A stretch of 64,000 bases of DNA from Thioalkalivibrio sp. (GCF_007692535.1 NZ_REBW01000113.1:3762-67761); one strand, 5' to 3'; positions 1 to 11,533 are shown, counted from the first letter of the stretch. Notes: generated by a model from the letters alone, not told the origin. Made by a program: numbers and translations.

Positions 1-1149
<1,149 letters not shown>

Positions 1150-1211
1150 GGTGCGAACTCCTTATCCAGTAGTCTTGTTTAGGGGTTGAGAGGGATTCGG
1201 CAGCGGCGCTG

Positions 1212-1238
1212 TTAGCACCCGGCCCGAATGAGTGCTAA
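1212..1238 (-). promoter_or_regulatory. CIRCE element (HrcA operator)
   Basis: Minus strand reads TTAGCACTC-N9-GGGTGCTAA; consensus is TTAGCACTC-N9-GAGTGCTAA (1 mismatch); lies upstream of groES. Confidence 0.88.
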
Positions 1239-1265
1239 TGATAGGATCAAAGCCGCGTCTGTCAA
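1238..1265 (-). promoter_or_regulatory. Putative sigma70-type groESL promoter
   Basis: Minus strand TTGACA-N16-TATCAT; the -10 box abuts the CIRCE. Confidence 0.6.
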
Positions 1266-1379
1266 GGGGGGGCGGTAGCGACCCCAACCATGGAGTGCGC
1301 CGGATTCCGTTACCGGCGCAGGCATGATGGAAGCGAAGCGGCTGTGAATGTCCTGGTGGCAGGTCTCAGGAAAGCGACG

Positions 1380-1856
1380 CTATTGATCGTGCTTTTGATC
1401 CTGCTTGTCCTGGAGGCGCTCGCTCTCGCGCTTGCGGTACTCGCCCTCGATGGTCTCGCCCTGCGCACTGGCCGAACCCCGCGCGGCAGCCACCCAGACC
1501 GAACGCCGCTTGAGCAGCCATCCGGCCGCCCCCGAGCGGATCGGAGGCACAAGGAGGGCGAATCCCACGGCATCGGAGAAAAACCCGGGCAGCAGCAGGA
1601 GCACCGCGGCCAGCATCAGCAGCCAGGCCTCCAGCAGATGCCGCGCCGGGATCTCACCCTGCGAGAGCATCTGCTGCATGCGGCGCCAGTGCGTGATGCC
1701 CTGGATCCGGAAGATCCAAAGGCCAATGGCAGCGGTGAGTACAACCAGGATGACGGTCGACAGGGCACCGACAGTCCCGCCAACCCAGGCGAAACCATAG
1801 ATTTCCAGGAGCACGGCACCCAGCAGCACGAACAGAGGTATCAAGGGGTGGCGCAT
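1380..1856 (-). CDS. fxsA: FxsA family membrane protein
   Basis: Motifs LLEIYGF, AAVLLLLPGFFSDAVGFALLVP, TIEGEY; usual position next to groESL. Confidence 0.9.
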   Translation of the reverse strand: MRHPLIPLFVLLGAVLLEIYGFAWVGGTVGALSTVILVVLTAAIGLWIFRIQGITHWRRMQQMLSQGEIPARHLLEAWLLMLAAVLLLLPGFFSDAVGFALLVPPIRSGAAGWLLKRRSVWVAAARGSASAQGETIEGEYRKRESERLQDKQDQKHDQ

Positions 1857-2021
1857 CGGAAACTCCCAGGAAGCGACCTTTCATTGCAACATTCTTGTGC
1901 CACCGCTGTCGAGTTGGAGCGACGCAGCGGCTATGATGCCGCCCTGCCCCGGCGGAATTTTCGGGGACCGCTGGCCGTCTTGTAGGTTGCCTTCTCTGTC
2001 TGCAGCTTCAGGAGTTGCCGA

Positions 2022-2564
2022 ATGACGACCCACGCTACCCGGACCATTTTCCAGCTCGCCCTGCTGGCACTGACGCTGGTCCCACTCGGCCTCCTCGCTG
2101 CGGCCGATCCCCGGAACCCCTACGACCACTTCTTCCAACCCACCTTCGGGGATTTCCAGGAGGAACTCGACGAGGCCCGGGCGGACGGCAAGAAGGCCAT
2201 CCTGATTTTCTTTGAAATGGATGAGTGCCCCTTCTGTCACCGGATGAAGCAGCAGGTTCTGAACCAGCCCGAGGTCCAGGACTATTTCCGGGAGCACTTC
2301 GCGATCTTCAGCGTCGACGTGGAGGGGGATGTCGAGATCACCGACTTCCAGGGCAACACCATGCGCCAGTCCGATTTCGCGTTCCGCGAGTTCCGGGTGC
2401 GGGCGACCCCGGTATTCCAGTTCTTCAACCTCGACGGCGAACCGATCGTCCGTTTCACCGGCGCGACCCGCGACGTCCGTGAATTCCTCCAACTCGGTGA
2501 ATTCGTCGCCGAGGGGCACCACGAAGAGATGAACTTCACACGCTTCAAGCGGGAGGCGCGGTAG
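2022..2564 (+). CDS. Exported thioredoxin-fold protein (SoxW-like)
   Basis: Signal peptide, FFEMDECPFC (CxxC), later VRATP cis-Pro motif; SD AGGAG upstream. Confidence 0.8.
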   Translation: MTTHATRTIFQLALLALTLVPLGLLAAADPRNPYDHFFQPTFGDFQEELDEARADGKKAILIFFEMDECPFCHRMKQQVLNQPEVQDYFREHFAIFSVDVEGDVEITDFQGNTMRQSDFAFREFRVRATPVFQFFNLDGEPIVRFTGATRDVREFLQLGEFVAEGHHEEMNFTRFKREAR

Positions 2565-2572
2565 ACACACCG

Positions 2573-3889
2573 ATGCAGACCCGGATGACCCCTGCGCCGG
2601 CACTGGCCGTCATTCTCATCCTGCTCGCGGGTCAGCCGGCCGCAGCGGATGCCGGCCAGGAGCCCTTGCCGCAGCCCCTGCGCCTGGAGTCGGCCCTCGC
2701 GGTCATCGACGCCGACTACCCCTCGCTGCGCCGCGCCCGGGCGTTGCGCGAGAGGGCCGAGCGCGAGCTGGAAGCAGAACGGGCGGCTTCGGACATCGAA
2801 CTGGAGGCTCGTCTCGAGGCCCGCTGGGTCGACCCCAACGACCTGGTCCCCGTCGACGGCAACGACGACTCGCGGGCCGTCGTCAACGCCCGCAAGCTGC
2901 TCAGCGACTTCGGTCACAGCAGCAACCGGATTGCGGCCAGCCAGCGCCAGGCCGACCTCAGCCTCGCCGAAGAAGAGCTGTCTCATACCCGGCACCGGCT
3001 GGCGGTGCTGCAGCGGTATTTCGATGTCCTGCTCGCAGACCTGGCGTTCGCCCGCGACAACGAGGCCATGGCCTCGGCCTTCGTCAGCCTGAACCGCGCG
3101 CGGGAGCGCAACGAGCTGGGCCAGGTCTCGGACATCGACCTGTTCGAACTCGAGGCCCGCTACCAGACCGCGCGCGCGGTCCGGCTGCGTTCCCAGCAGG
3201 AGCAGCGCCGGACCCGGGCGGAACTGGGCGAAATACTGAACCGGCCGGGGGAGGCTCCGGCCCAGGTGCTCGGGCCTGCCCTGCCGCTGGCCCTGCCGGG
3301 ACTGCCCGACATCGGCCGCCTGCTCGAAGCGGTGGACCGCCAGAGCCCCGAAATCGCGATCCGCCGGGGGGAGGTGGAAGTGGCCCAACGGCGGGTGGCG
3401 GCAGCACGAACGCAGCACCGGCCCCGCCTGAGTGCGGAGGCACAGGTGGGTGCGTGGGTGCGCGAATTCGGGGGCGATCGCAATCCGGCAGCCGTCGGCC
3501 TGGTGCTGGAAATCCCCCTGTACCAGGGCCGCCGCCTGAGCGCCGCGGTAGGCCAGGCGACCGCCGAGCGGCACCAGGCGCAGGCCGACCTCGATCTGGC
3601 CATGGCCGAGGTGCGCAGTGCGGTGCGGGACCTGTACTACGAGATCGAGGCCCTGCTGATCCAGCGCGATGAGGTGACGGCGCGTATGGACTATCGCGAA
3701 CTTTACATCGACCGCGCCAGGGCGCTGTACGACCTGGAGGAAGCCGCTGACCTGGGGGACTCCATGGTCCAGCAGAGCGCTGCCGCACATTTCAACGCGG
3801 CTACCGAGTACGCGCTGGCGCTGGCCTTCGAACGCCTTGCGCTGATGGTCGGCGATCGTTCCCTGAGCCCGTTCTCCCCCGATTCCTGA
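2573..3889 (+). CDS. TolC family outer-membrane efflux protein
   Basis: Signal peptide, two helical repeats, YFDVLLA and LEIPLYQG motifs typical of OEP proteins. Confidence 0.85.
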   Translation: MQTRMTPAPALAVILILLAGQPAAADAGQEPLPQPLRLESALAVIDADYPSLRRARALRERAERELEAERAASDIELEARLEARWVDPNDLVPVDGNDDSRAVVNARKLLSDFGHSSNRIAASQRQADLSLAEEELSHTRHRLAVLQRYFDVLLADLAFARDNEAMASAFVSLNRARERNELGQVSDIDLFELEARYQTARAVRLRSQQEQRRTRAELGEILNRPGEAPAQVLGPALPLALPGLPDIGRLLEAVDRQSPEIAIRRGEVEVAQRRVAAARTQHRPRLSAEAQVGAWVREFGGDRNPAAVGLVLEIPLYQGRRLSAAVGQATAERHQAQADLDLAMAEVRSAVRDLYYEIEALLIQRDEVTARMDYRELYIDRARALYDLEEAADLGDSMVQQSAAAHFNAATEYALALAFERLALMVGDRSLSPFSPDS

Positions 3890-3903
3890 TGGAGCCGTGA
3901 ACC

Positions 3904-4704
3904 ATGGGTGCATCCCGTAGCCTGATCCTTGCCGCCGCCCTGACCGGTCTTGGCCTGGTGCTGACCCAGCCGGTTGCTGCCGACGAGCGGGAGGCCCGGA
4001 TCGACTGGGGCCAGCGGTATACCGTCTCGGCGCCGCTCGCCGGCATCGTACGGGAGATTTCCATCCAGCCAGGGGACCGGGTCACCGAGGGCCAGACGCT
4101 GTTCACGCTGGACACGCGCCGGCTGCGCGCCGATGCCCGTGCCGGCGAGGCCGAACGGGAAAGGCTGCACCTGGAACTTGCCGAGGCCGACCGGGAGGTC
4201 GAACGCGCTGAAGAACTCTATGACCGCACCCTGATCGCACTGCGTGAACTGGAACTGAGCCGCATCCAGCGCGCGATGGCCGCGGCCCGGCTGGCCCGTG
4301 CCGATGCGGAATTGCAGAAGACCCGCGTCGATCTGGAGGACAGCGTGGTCCGTGCCCCGGCAGCGGGGCGCATCCTTTCGGTAACCGTATCCATGGGAGA
4401 GGCGGTCAGTCCGGCGCTGGCGCCGGCGGTGCTGGCCGTCCTTGGCAGCACGGACCCGATGCGCGCAGAGACCACCGTCGATGCCGACACCGCCGGGCGC
4501 CTGCAGCCGGGTCAGCCGGCACGCGTCCGGCTGGATACCGGGGAAGCCTTCGATGGCTCCGTGGCCAGCGTCGGTTGGCAGGTCGAGGACATCGGTTTCG
4601 GCGACGGCTATCGTCTGGCGGTCCATTTCTCCGCACCCGAGACCGCCCGACTGCGGGCCGGCCAGAGCGCACGGGTTTCCCTGCCCGCTGTCGCTGACGA
4701 ATAA
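3904..4704 (+). CDS. Periplasmic adaptor (membrane fusion protein, HlyD/RND-MFP family)
   Basis: Split lipoyl motifs VSAPLAGIVREISIQPGDRV and VRAPAAGRI flank a coiled-coil hairpin; beta-barrel C-terminus. Confidence 0.85.
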   Translation: MGASRSLILAAALTGLGLVLTQPVAADEREARIDWGQRYTVSAPLAGIVREISIQPGDRVTEGQTLFTLDTRRLRADARAGEAERERLHLELAEADREVERAEELYDRTLIALRELELSRIQRAMAAARLARADAELQKTRVDLEDSVVRAPAAGRILSVTVSMGEAVSPALAPAVLAVLGSTDPMRAETTVDADTAGRLQPGQPARVRLDTGEAFDGSVASVGWQVEDIGFGDGYRLAVHFSAPETARLRAGQSARVSLPAVADE

Positions 4705-4706
4705 CC

Positions 4707-5051
4707 GTGGCTTCCGCCGTGGACCGACCAGAACCAACGCAACCCCTGCTGGTGATCACCACCGTCGATGACGAGGACACGGCGCGGCTGCTCGCGGGAG
4801 AGGCCGTGGAACAACGGCTCGCCGCCTGTGTCCATGTTGTACCTGCCGGACGGTCGGTGTACCTCTGGCAGGGGCAGGTCGAAGAGGCGCGGGAGCACAC
4901 CCTGCTGATCAAGACTACCGTGGCCCGGTATGGCACTCTGCAGGATTGGCTGGTGCAAAGGCATCCCTACGACACACCCGAAATCATCGCCCTGCCGATC
5001 ACGGCGGGCCTGCCCGATTATCTAGACTGGATTCAACAATGCACCCGATGA
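4707..5051 (+). CDS. cutA: Divalent-cation tolerance protein CutA
   Basis: GTG start; RLAACV, SVYLWQG, HPYDTPEII motifs; usual cutA-dsbD pairing. Confidence 0.93.
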   Translation: MASAVDRPEPTQPLLVITTVDDEDTARLLAGEAVEQRLAACVHVVPAGRSVYLWQGQVEEAREHTLLIKTTVARYGTLQDWLVQRHPYDTPEIIALPITAGLPDYLDWIQQCTR

Positions 5052-7333
5052 CCCTCAGGCACTGGCTCTCTCTCCTGCTCTTGACGCTGACGCTGGTCCC
5101 GGGCCTTGCGACTGCGCTGTTCGAGGACGATCTGCTCGACCCCGACGAGGCCTTCGCCATCGAGGCCGAGGCGATCGATGGCAACACCCTTCGGATCAGC
5201 TGGAACATTGCCGACGGTTATTACATGTACCGCGAGCAGTTCCGGTTCACGCCCGAGAGCAGCGGCCTGGAATTCGGAGAGCCGCGCATTCCCGACGGAA
5301 CGGTGAAGGACGACGAGTTCTTCGGACGGGTCGAGACCTACCGCAACCGCATCGACATCGAATTGCCGGTGCTCGCGGCCGAAGACCGCCAGATCGAACT
5401 GACCGCACGATCGCAGGGCTGCGCGGACCTCGGCGTCTGTTACCCCCCGCACTTCCAGACCGTCAGCCTGACGCTGCCGGAACTGCCGACCCCGCGCGCG
5501 GAACAGCCGCGCAGCCGGTCGGCTCTGGAGACGCTGGGCGCAATCACCGGCGATTTCGGCGAAGCCAACGAACTGCTCGAGCCCGAGATCGCCTTCGCCG
5601 CCAGCGCCCGGGCCATCAGCCAGAATGCCGTGATCGTGCGGTTCGACATCGCCGAGGGCTACTACCTGTACCGCGACAAGCTGGGATTCCGGATCGCCGA
5701 GGGCGAGGGGATCGAGCTGGGGCCGGTGAACCCGCCCGACGGCACCCTGATCGAGGATGAGTTCTTCGGGGAGACCGAGACCTACCGCAACAGCGTCGAG
5801 ATCCTGGTGCCGGTGCTGCGCGGCGCCGACGATGTCGCCGAGATCGTGCTGGCCGTCGACTACCAGGGCTGTGCCGACCTCGGTGTCTGCTACCCACCGC
5901 TGACCCAGGACGTCGCCGTCACCTTCGCTGCAACCCTCGCCGACGAGGCCGACGATCTGCCCGCGATCGGCACCGAGCGGGCCACGATCGACACGGGCCC
6001 GGTGACCGAGCAGGACCGCATCGCCGCGCAGCTCGCCGACGGCCGCATCTGGCTGGTGGCGCTGGCGTTCTTCGGTTTTGGCCTGCTGCTGACCTTCACC
6101 CCCTGCGTGTTTCCGATGATCCCGATCCTGTCGAACATCATCGTCGGGCAGAAGGACCTGACCACGCGCAAGGCCTTCTTCATCTCGTTGGCGTTCGTCC
6201 TCGCGATGGCCTTCACCTACACCCTGGCCGGGGTCTTCGCGGGACTCGCCGGGGCCAACCTGCAGGCGGCCTTCCAGAACCCCTGGATCATCGGCGGCTT
6301 CGTGCTCGTGTTCATCGCGCTGGCGATGTCCATGTTCGGCTTCTACGAACTGCAGATGCCCTCCGGCATCCAGAGCAGGCTGGCCAACCTGAGCAACAAG
6401 CAGCAAGGCGGCACCCTGGTGGGCGCGGCAATCATGGGCTTCCTGGCGGCCCTGATCGTCGGCCCCTGCGTCACCGCACCCCTGGTCGGCGCACTGCTTT
6501 ACATCAGCCAGACCGGCGATGCGGTACTGGGCGGCATCGCGCTGTTCTCGCTGAGCATGGGCATGGGCGCGCCGCTGCTCGCCATCGGCACCTCCGCCGG
6601 CAAGATCCTGCCGAAGGCCGGGCCGTGGATGGATGCGGTCAAGGCCGTGTTCGGGGTCGGCCTGCTGGCGATGGGTGTCTGGCTGCTCGAGCGGGTGATC
6701 CCCGGCGAGGCCGCGCTGTTCCTCTGGTCCAGCCTGTTCATCGTGACCGCCATCTACATGGGTGCGTTGCAGTCGGTCCCCGAGAGCGCCTCGGGCTGGC
6801 GCACGCTCTGGAAGGGTGTCGGGCTGGTGCTGCTGGTCTACGGGGTCATCCTGATGATTGGTGCAGCCACCGGAGGCAAGGACATGTTCCGGCCCCTCGC
6901 CGGCCTGAGCACCCCAGCGACCATGGTCGTCGGCGCCGACGGCGTGCAGCGCGCGACGCAGATGGAGTTCACGAAGGTCGACAGCATTGCCGACGTGGAA
7001 CGAGAGGTGGCGGCGGCACAGGAGCGCAACGAGCCGGTCTTCCTGGACTTCTATGCAGACTGGTGCGTGGACTGCGTGCGGCTGGAGCGCACGACTTTCC
7101 AGGATCCGCGCGTGATCCAGGCCATGAGCCAAGTGCATCTGCTCAAGGCGGACGTGACGGCCAACACCTCGGAGCATCGTGATCTGATGCGCGCTTTCAA
7201 CCTGTTCGGCCCGCCTGCCATGATCTTCTACGATGAGGACGGCAGGGAACTGCGCAACTATCGTGCAGTGGGCTACATGAACGCCGAGCGGTTCCTCGCC
7301 CACGTCGAGCAAAGCATCGGTGTCCGGCCATGA
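5048..7333 (+). CDS. dsbD: Thiol:disulfide interchange protein DsbD with two N-terminal domains
   Basis: ATG overlaps the cutA stop (ATGA); GCADLGVCYPP occurs twice; TM cysteines FTPCVFPM and VGPCVTAP; C-terminal WCVDC. Confidence 0.93.
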   Translation: MTLRHWLSLLLLTLTLVPGLATALFEDDLLDPDEAFAIEAEAIDGNTLRISWNIADGYYMYREQFRFTPESSGLEFGEPRIPDGTVKDDEFFGRVETYRNRIDIELPVLAAEDRQIELTARSQGCADLGVCYPPHFQTVSLTLPELPTPRAEQPRSRSALETLGAITGDFGEANELLEPEIAFAASARAISQNAVIVRFDIAEGYYLYRDKLGFRIAEGEGIELGPVNPPDGTLIEDEFFGETETYRNSVEILVPVLRGADDVAEIVLAVDYQGCADLGVCYPPLTQDVAVTFAATLADEADDLPAIGTERATIDTGPVTEQDRIAAQLADGRIWLVALAFFGFGLLLTFTPCVFPMIPILSNIIVGQKDLTTRKAFFISLAFVLAMAFTYTLAGVFAGLAGANLQAAFQNPWIIGGFVLVFIALAMSMFGFYELQMPSGIQSRLANLSNKQQGGTLVGAAIMGFLAALIVGPCVTAPLVGALLYISQTGDAVLGGIALFSLSMGMGAPLLAIGTSAGKILPKAGPWMDAVKAVFGVGLLAMGVWLLERVIPGEAALFLWSSLFIVTAIYMGALQSVPESASGWRTLWKGVGLVLLVYGVILMIGAATGGKDMFRPLAGLSTPATMVVGADGVQRATQMEFTKVDSIADVEREVAAAQERNEPVFLDFYADWCVDCVRLERTTFQDPRVIQAMSQVHLLKADVTANTSEHRDLMRAFNLFGPPAMIFYDEDGRELRNYRAVGYMNAERFLAHVEQSIGVRP

Positions 7334-7896
7334 TCCGCTGCCTGCACCACAAAGCGCTGGCTGCCCTGTTCGCCGGGATCTCGGCCTTTACCCTGGCCGC
7401 CTGCGGCACCCCCGACGAAGGCGCGGGAACGGGCGACACCAGCGGGGGAACGGCGGAGACGGCGGCGGCAGGCCCGGAGCCGTTTCGGCGTATCGACTTC
7501 GCGCTGCCCGACCTGGACGGCGAAGCGCGGCAACTCAGCGAGTGGGACGGGGATCTGGTACTCCTGAATTTCTGGGCGACCTGGTGTCCGCCCTGCAAGA
7601 AGGAGATGCCGATGTTCCAGGAGCGCTACGAGGAGTACGCGGATCAGGGATTCACGATCGTCGCCGTCGCGGTGGACGAACTCGCGGAGACAAAGGCGTT
7701 CATCAACACCTTCGGCATCGAGTTCCCGATCCTGATCGGTCAGGACGACGCCGTCGCGGCGGGCCGCGAATACGGAAACCGCATCGGCGCGCTGCCCTAC
7801 ACGGTCATCATCGACCGTGATGGCCTCGTCCGCGAAACCCACCGCGGCGAAGTCTCCGAGGCTGACCTCGACAACTGGCTGCGGCTCTACCTCTAG
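7330..7896 (+). CDS. TlpA/ResA-like disulfide reductase lipoprotein
   Basis: Lipobox-like LAAC; LNFWATWCPPC; GALPYT; overlaps the dsbD stop. Confidence 0.88.
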   Translation: MIRCLHHKALAALFAGISAFTLAACGTPDEGAGTGDTSGGTAETAAAGPEPFRRIDFALPDLDGEARQLSEWDGDLVLLNFWATWCPPCKKEMPMFQERYEEYADQGFTIVAVAVDELAETKAFINTFGIEFPILIGQDDAVAAGREYGNRIGALPYTVIIDRDGLVRETHRGEVSEADLDNWLRLYL

Positions 7897-7919
7897 CGTG
7901 AAAGCCACGGCCCACTTCT

Positions 7920-8117
7920 GTAGGTCGGGTTAGCGCAGCGTAACCCGACGTGCCGGGGTCCCGGGGACGACGCTGCTTTGCGGTCTTGAGTGTGAAGCTT
8001 CTGTAGGTCGGGTTAGCGCAGCGTAACCCGACGACGTCCCGGGGACGACGCTATTTTGCGCCCATGGGTGGGGTGCGAGGCCCGTCGGGTTACGCCCGTT
8101 GGGCTAACCCGACCTAC
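7920..8117. repeat. GTAG-type REP cluster (family A, 3 copies)
   Basis: GTAGGTCGGGTTAGCGCAGCGTAACCCGAC at 7920-7949 and 8003-8032; inverted variant at 8084-8117. Confidence 0.85.
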
Positions 8118-8375
8118 AGTTGGCCGTTTTTCGGAGCCTCGTCACCCAGCAGCAAGGCGTGCGGACGTACCGTCGCGCGGGCGGAAAACCGCACCACTCC
8201 CTTCGGTTGCCCTGCTGAATGCCAGCCTTCGGGCACGCCTCATTGGAATCGCAAAACAGCTCCGTCCCGCTGGACAGAGCCACCCGGCTGCGGCAGAATC
8301 GCAACATCGGAATCGCGCAATTGTTGCACGTTTCCCACAGATTCATGACCGGATCGCAACCGATACCCCCCGCCC

Positions 8376-8819
8376 ATGGCTCAACTCCTGCTGCTGAACG
8401 GCCCCAACCTGAACCTGCTCGGGAGCCGTGAGCCGGCGCGATACGGCGCCACGACGCTGGCCCAACTCGAGGCCACGCTGTCCACGCAGGCAACCCGCGC
8501 CGGACACCAACTCGCCTGCTTCCAGAGCAATCACGAAGGTGCGTTGATCGACCGTATCCATGCCGCAGTCGCAGAGCAGGTGTCCTGGATATTGATCAAT
8601 CCGGGCGGACTGACCCACACCAGCGTCAGCCTGCGTGATGCGCTGCTGGCGACGGCCATTCCGTTCATCGAGATCCACATCACCAACATCCATGCCCGCG
8701 AGGCCTTTCGGCACCATTCCTACCTGGCGGACATCGCCTCGGGGACGATCGCCGGCCTTGGCACAACGGGCTACCGGCTGGCGCTGGACGCCGCCATTGC
8801 AGCTATCGAGGAGCCCTAG
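8376..8819 (+). CDS. aroQ: Type II 3-dehydroquinate dehydratase
   Basis: [43 protein letters not shown]. Confidence 0.97.
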   Translation: MAQLLLLNGPNLNLLGSREPARYGATTLAQLEATLSTQATRAGHQLACFQSNHEGALIDRIHAAVAEQVSWILINPGGLTHTSVSLRDALLATAIPFIEIHITNIHAREAFRHHSYLADIASGTIAGLGTTGYRLALDAAIAAIEEP

Positions 8820-8825
8820 TTCACC

Positions 8826-9281
8826 ATGGACATTCGCAAGGTCAAGAAATTGATCGACCTGCTGGAAGAAAGCGGGATCAACGAGATCGAGATTCACGAG
8901 GGCGAGGAATCGGTCCGCATCACCCGAGCGGCGTCCGGACCCCAGGGCTATTTTGCGCCGCCGATGCCGATGTCTGTCGCCCCGACCGCCGCAGCACCCG
9001 TCGCAGCTGCCACAGCGCCTGCCGAGACCGCTGCGAAGGAGCTGCCAGGGCACCGGGTCACCGCACCGATGGTGGGCACCTTCTACCGGGCTCCCAGCCC
9101 CGGCGCAAGACCCTTCGTGGAGGTCGGTTCCGCCGTCGAAGTGGGCGATACGCTGTGCATCATCGAAGCGATGAAAATGCTGAACCCGATCGAGGCCGAC
9201 AAGGCCGGCACCGTTCGCGAAGCACTGGTGGAAAACGGCCATCCGGTGGAATACGGCCAACCCCTGTTCATCATCGAATAA
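8826..9281 (+). CDS. accB: Acetyl-CoA carboxylase biotin carboxyl carrier protein
   Basis: [11 protein letters not shown]-terminus, Ala/Pro linker, EAMKM biotinylation motif. Confidence 0.97.
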   Translation: MDIRKVKKLIDLLEESGINEIEIHEGEESVRITRAASGPQGYFAPPMPMSVAPTAAAPVAAATAPAETAAKELPGHRVTAPMVGTFYRAPSPGARPFVEVGSAVEVGDTLCIIEAMKMLNPIEADKAGTVREALVENGHPVEYGQPLFIIE

Positions 9282-9305
9282 CGGGCCGGCGACGCGAGGC
9301 TTCTC

Positions 9306-10652
9306 ATGCTGGAAAAGATCCTGATCGCCAACCGGGGCGAGATCGCGCTCCGGATTCTCCGCGCCTGCCGGGAGATGGGTATCGCCACGGTAGCCGTGCA
9401 CTCGGAGGCGGACCGTGATCTCAAGCACGTACGCCTGGCCGACGAATCCGTCTGTATCGGGCCCGCGTCGTCGACCGAGAGTTATCTGAACATCCCCGCG
9501 ATCATCTCGGCTGCAGAGGTCACCGATTCCGGCGCGATCCACCCGGGCTACGGGTTTCTGTCCGAAAACGCAGACTTCGCCGAGCGGGTGGAATCCAGCG
9601 GCTTTGCCTTCATTGGGCCGCGCGCCGAGACGATCCGGCTGATGGGCGACAAGGTCTCGGCGAAGAACGCGATGATTGCCGCCGGGGTCCCCTGCGTCCC
9701 CGGTTCCGGGGGCGCCCTCGGTGACGACCCCGATGAGAACATGCGCCTGGCGGACAAGATCGGCTATCCGGTGATCGTCAAGGCGTCGGGGGGCGGAGGT
9801 GGCCGCGGGATGCGCGTGGTGCACACCGAGGGGTCCCTGCTCAGTTCCATTGCGGTGACCAAAAACGAGGCCAAGCAATTCTTCGCCAACGACGCCGTGT
9901 ACATGGAGAAATATCTGGAGCATCCGCGCCACGTGGAATTCCAGGTCCTGGCCGACACCCATGGCAACGCGGTCTGTCTCGGTGAGCGCGACTGTTCGAT
10001 GCAGCGGCGCCACCAGAAAGTCATCGAAGAGGCACCTGCGCTGGGCATCACTCCCGAGATGCGCGAGCGGATGGTCCAGCGCCTCATCCTTGCCTGCCAG
10101 GAAATCGGTTACCGCGGCGCCGGCACCTTCGAGTTCCTGTTCGAGAACGGCGAGTTCTTCTTCATGGAGATGAACACGCGACTCCAGGTCGAACATCCGG
10201 TGACGGAGGAGGTCACCGGGATCGATCTGGTCCGGGAGCAGATCCGCATCGCCGCTGGCGAAACGCTGTCCATCGCCCAGGCCGATGTCCACATCAACGG
10301 CCATGCGATCGAATGCCGCATCAACGCGGAAGACCCGGTGAAGTTTTTCCCAAGCCCCGGGACGGTCAGCCAGTACCATGCCCCGGGGGGGCCTGGCATC
10401 CGTGTGGACACGCATCTTTACAGCGGCTACACCGTGCCTCAGTACTACGACTCCATGATCGCCAAGCTGATTGCCCACGGCCCCACTCGAGAGATCGCGA
10501 TCGCGCGGATGCGGGGGGCACTCGGGGAGATCGTGATCGACGGCATAAAGACCAACATTCCGTTACACATCGACCTGTTGAGTGACGCGCACTTCCAGAA
10601 GGGCGGCACGAACATCCATTATCTGGAAAAGAAGCTGAAGAACCACCCGTGA
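9306..10652 (+). CDS. accC: Biotin carboxylase
   Basis: [46 protein letters not shown]. Confidence 0.98.
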   Translation: MLEKILIANRGEIALRILRACREMGIATVAVHSEADRDLKHVRLADESVCIGPASSTESYLNIPAIISAAEVTDSGAIHPGYGFLSENADFAERVESSGFAFIGPRAETIRLMGDKVSAKNAMIAAGVPCVPGSGGALGDDPDENMRLADKIGYPVIVKASGGGGGRGMRVVHTEGSLLSSIAVTKNEAKQFFANDAVYMEKYLEHPRHVEFQVLADTHGNAVCLGERDCSMQRRHQKVIEEAPALGITPEMRERMVQRLILACQEIGYRGAGTFEFLFENGEFFFMEMNTRLQVEHPVTEEVTGIDLVREQIRIAAGETLSIAQADVHINGHAIECRINAEDPVKFFPSPGTVSQYHAPGGPGIRVDTHLYSGYTVPQYYDSMIAKLIAHGPTREIAIARMRGALGEIVIDGIKTNIPLHIDLLSDAHFQKGGTNIHYLEKKLKNHP

Positions 10653-11533
10653 GCCTGGTCGAACTGGAACTCGAGATCCGGGCCGATCAGGCGGAACCCG
10701 TCGAGGAACGGCTGTTCGCGCTCGGTGCAGTCAGTGTCGAATTGTTCGACGCCGGTGATGAACCCCTGTTCGAGCCACCCCCCGGAACGCACCCCCTCTG
10801 GTCGGCCATCCGCATCAAGGCCATCTTCACCGACAGCCTGCAGGCGAAGATTGCCGCCGCGGCACTGGAGGTCGCGGACGGCGCCGCGGCGCCGGTTGCG
10901 CGCGTCTCGCCCATCGCCGAGCAGGACTGGGTTCGAGCCGGGCTCGCCGGGCTGACCCGGATTCACTGCGGGGGCAAGCTGTGGATCGTTCCGTCCTGGG
11001 AAGCGCTGCCGGAAGTGCGGGGCGGTGTGTTTGTTCATCTGGACCCGGGACTTGCCTTCGGGACCGGCAGCCATCCAACCACGGGCATGTGCCTCGCGGC
11101 GCTCGCGCAGACCCCTCCGCTCGAGCAACGCGTACTCGACTATGGCTGCGGCTCGGGCATTCTGGCGATCGCGGCGCTGAAGCTGGGTGCAGCATCCGCG
11201 CTGGGGGTCGATATCGACCCACAGGCGCTGCAGGCGACCCGCGCCAACGCGGAACGTAACGGCATCACCAGCAGCCAACTCGAGACCACGCTCGCGGACG
11301 TCGCACCGCCGGCAGAATCCTTCGACCTGATCCTGGCCAACATCCTCGCCGCGCCCCTGGTGGCGCTGGCGCCGACCCTGACCCGCAGCGCCCGGCCCGG
11401 CGCGCGGCTGCTGATGGCCGGACTACTGGATTGGCAGGCCGAAACGGTCATGGCAGCCTACCGCGATGGCTTCGAGATTCAGATCGGGGACGAACGCGAA
11501 GGATGGGTCCTGCTCGAGGGACGGCGGCGCTAG
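10649..11533 (+). CDS. prmA: Ribosomal protein L11 methyltransferase
   Basis: [33 protein letters not shown]. Confidence 0.96.
   Translation: MSLVELELEIRADQAEPVEERLFALGAVSVELFDAGDEPLFEPPPGTHPLWSAIRIKAIFTDSLQAKIAAAALEVADGAAAPVARVSPIAEQDWVRAGLAGLTRIHCGGKLWIVPSWEALPEVRGGVFVHLDPGLAFGTGSHPTTGMCLAALAQTPPLEQRVLDYGCGSGILAIAALKLGAASALGVDIDPQALQATRANAERNGITSSQLETTLADVAPPAESFDLILANILAAPLVALAPTLTRSARPGARLLMAGLLDWQAETVMAAYRDGFEIQIGDEREGWVLLEGRRR

Noticed and set aside
1884-1902. TGGCAC...TTGCA upstream of fxsA as a sigma54 promoter
   Set aside because: GG-to-GC spacing is 12 nt, not the required 10.
7920-8117. Repeat clusters here and at 37225-37448 as possible CRISPR arrays
   Set aside because: Only three copies each, mixed orientation, related spacers of unequal length and no cas genes; they fit GTAG REPs.
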